64,000 nt of DNA, from the NCBI RefSeq assembly GCF_964188315.1, contig NC_135655.1:32054001-32118000 (forward strand), read 5' to 3'. This document shows positions 62,178-64,000 of the stretch, in pieces. Numbering within the stretch: the stretch's first letter is position 1; each line of letters opens with the position of its first letter. The notes under the pieces are model-generated. The model was given only the letters and a program-made list of their open reading frames with translations, was not told the origin of the DNA and did no database searches. Source of the stretch: Podarcis muralis (taxonomy: Eukaryota). A program made the position numbers and the translations under genes.

Positions 62178-62262
62178 TATCTTCTCAGATATCGTCACTG
62201 GCTACCAATTTGTTACTATGCCAACTTCAATGTGTTACCATTAGTACATAAACACTCAACAG

Positions 62263-62619
62263 CAGGGGTCCCCAAACTAAGGCCCGCGGGCCGGATAAAG
62301 GCCCAAGGGACTCGTTTATCTGGCCCGCGGCGACCCCTGCCGCCCACTGCCCACTTTTACCGGTGCTGCGCTGCACGGCTGTACACTTCCGGGTCAGAGG
62401 AGCACTGGAAATAGCTTGTGCGCATGCGCAAGACTTATTTCCGGTGCACATCCGGGTTGGAGGAGGCCCGTGCACATGCGCGCAAGCTATTTCTGGTGCT
62501 CCTCTGACCCAAAGTGCGCCGGAAATAGTGTGCGCGCACGTGTATGGGCACACGCTCCCCTGCCCTGCGATCGGCGCTGGAGACACCGGCCCAAGGCACG
62601 GTAAGTTTGCTGCCCCCTG
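62263..62619. mobile_element. hAT (Charlie-group) non-autonomous element
   Basis: caggggtccccaaactaaggcccgcgggcc ... agtttgctgccccctg; perfect 8-bp TSD ctcaacag. Confidence 0.9.
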
Positions 62620-63020
62620 CTCAACAGCTTAGGACCAGTTTAGTTGAAGGATCACCTTACTCCATATATGGCCATGCATCCACCTTGATCTGTGGGACTG
62701 CTTTTACAAGTGTCAAATGTCTTTTCCCTACTTGTAAGGAATCCGTCTTCCAGCACTGCAGCACTAACACTCTGGAACTTTCTGCCTATTGATATCAGGC
62801 AGGTGCCTTCACTCTTTATCATTTGTGACACTTGCTAAAAGCTTTGTGTGGGCAAATCCTATCCAGGTATGCAAAGCTGACATGAATTTTAATATGTAAT
62901 TTTATAATGTGTAATTTAACTGCTAACTTTATTATTTAACTTTTATTTATACCAGGCTAACACTAACCTACCATAGTGGCCTGTTTTAAGAACACTAAGC
63001 AGTTTGCCAACTTAATACTG

Positions 63021-63381
63021 GTAGGTAAAGGACCCCTGGATGGTTAAGTCCAGTCAAAGGTGACTATGAAGTTGCGGCACTCATCGTGCTTTCAGGCCAA
63101 GGGAGCCGGTGTTTGTCCACAGACAGCTTTCCAGGTCATGTGGCCAGCATGACTAAACTGCTTCTGGCGCAACCAAACCCAGTGACAAAAACCAGAGCGC
63201 ACGGAAATGCAGTTTACCTTCCCACCGGAGCGGTACCTTTTTATCTACTTGCACTGGCATGCTTTCGAACTGCTAGGTGGCAGGAGCTGCGACAGAGCAA
63301 CGGGAGCTCACCCCATTGTAGGCATTTGAACCGCCAACCTTCTGATCGGCAAGCCCAAGAAGCTCAATGGTTTAGACCACA
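63021..63381 (-). mobile_element. Sauria SINE, head-eroded
   Basis: Same family as the other copies; first ~15 nt of the head missing; no clear TSD. Confidence 0.85.
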
Positions 63382-64000
63382 GTTGGGTGCATAGCTACTG
63401 AGGCCAATAGTGTCTTTTCCTATCTACCCTTTCCCCGTTGCAAATTAAGACGTAGAACAAAATGACTCAAGTGCTCTTGGATTCCATCAGCCCATCTACT
63501 GAGTCATCTGCAGCCAGTACTTTTAAAAAGGAATTTTTGCTGGGTGGCTGGTGAAAACAAGCTCAAAAGGGCACTTCACACAAATCCTTCGCCAGCCCAG
63601 TTCAGGATTACATTCCATACACAAATCCACATTGTTAGGTGTGAGAGACTACTTTAAATGTTTTTAAGGGGTACCTAAGTACAAGTTGAGATTTCTGTTC
63701 TTTCCAATGTATGTTTATGGCTGGGAATGGGGATTCCAATTTGTGTCGGACCATTTGGTTTTGGTAGGTGAACGACAAGTATAAAAAAAACTTTTCATTA
63801 AACAAACAGTAAATGCAGAATACAGAAAATAGTATATAAAGCTACCTTTATTTAGACTTTTACAGAACAAGCCAATGAATACACTTGTAGGAAGTTTAAA
63901 AACAGTATGTCATTTTTTTACACCAACTATATTGCCATCGACTTGCTTTAGATGTTACAGAAATTCCAAGTTTTGAATCCACTTTCCTCAATCAACAGGT

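Noticed and set aside
1-64000. tRNA, rRNA, CRISPR or U12-type introns
   Set aside because: tRNA-like A/B boxes occur only in SINE heads; no rRNA or spacer arrays; all traced introns are GT-AG without the GTATCCTT donor.

Overview
Vertebrate genomic DNA, most likely a lacertid-type lizard (Sauria SINE, Squam-type SINEs, squamate CR1/L2/Penelope repeats). Two convergent genes. (1) The 3' end of FBXO33 on +: last two coding exons and a 3' UTR containing two N gaps. (2) The complete MIA2/CTAGE5 locus on -. I traced 29 GT-AG coding exons with consistent phases, giving a ~2483-aa TANGO1-like (TALI) protein, plus the CpG-island first exon of the ~830-aa cTAGE5 isoform. Best leads: (a) Exon 4 is 4.4 kb and contains an in-phase internal donor; using it would remove 1067 codons and give a 1416-aa, mammal-sized TALI. 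An AATAAA directly after the read-through stop suggests a secreted form. (b) An intronic Penelope insertion has 246-bp inverted arms and an intact-looking minimal hammerhead ribozyme motif on each strand. (c) A candidate extra first exon encodes MERAEEE. (d) An HNF4/C-EBP/HNF1 motif cluster lies upstream of exon 1. (e) A SINE>MITE>MITE nest sits beside a Tc1-type excision footprint. All homology statements are from memory, not from searches. Most short ORFs in the track are repeat or GC-content artefacts.
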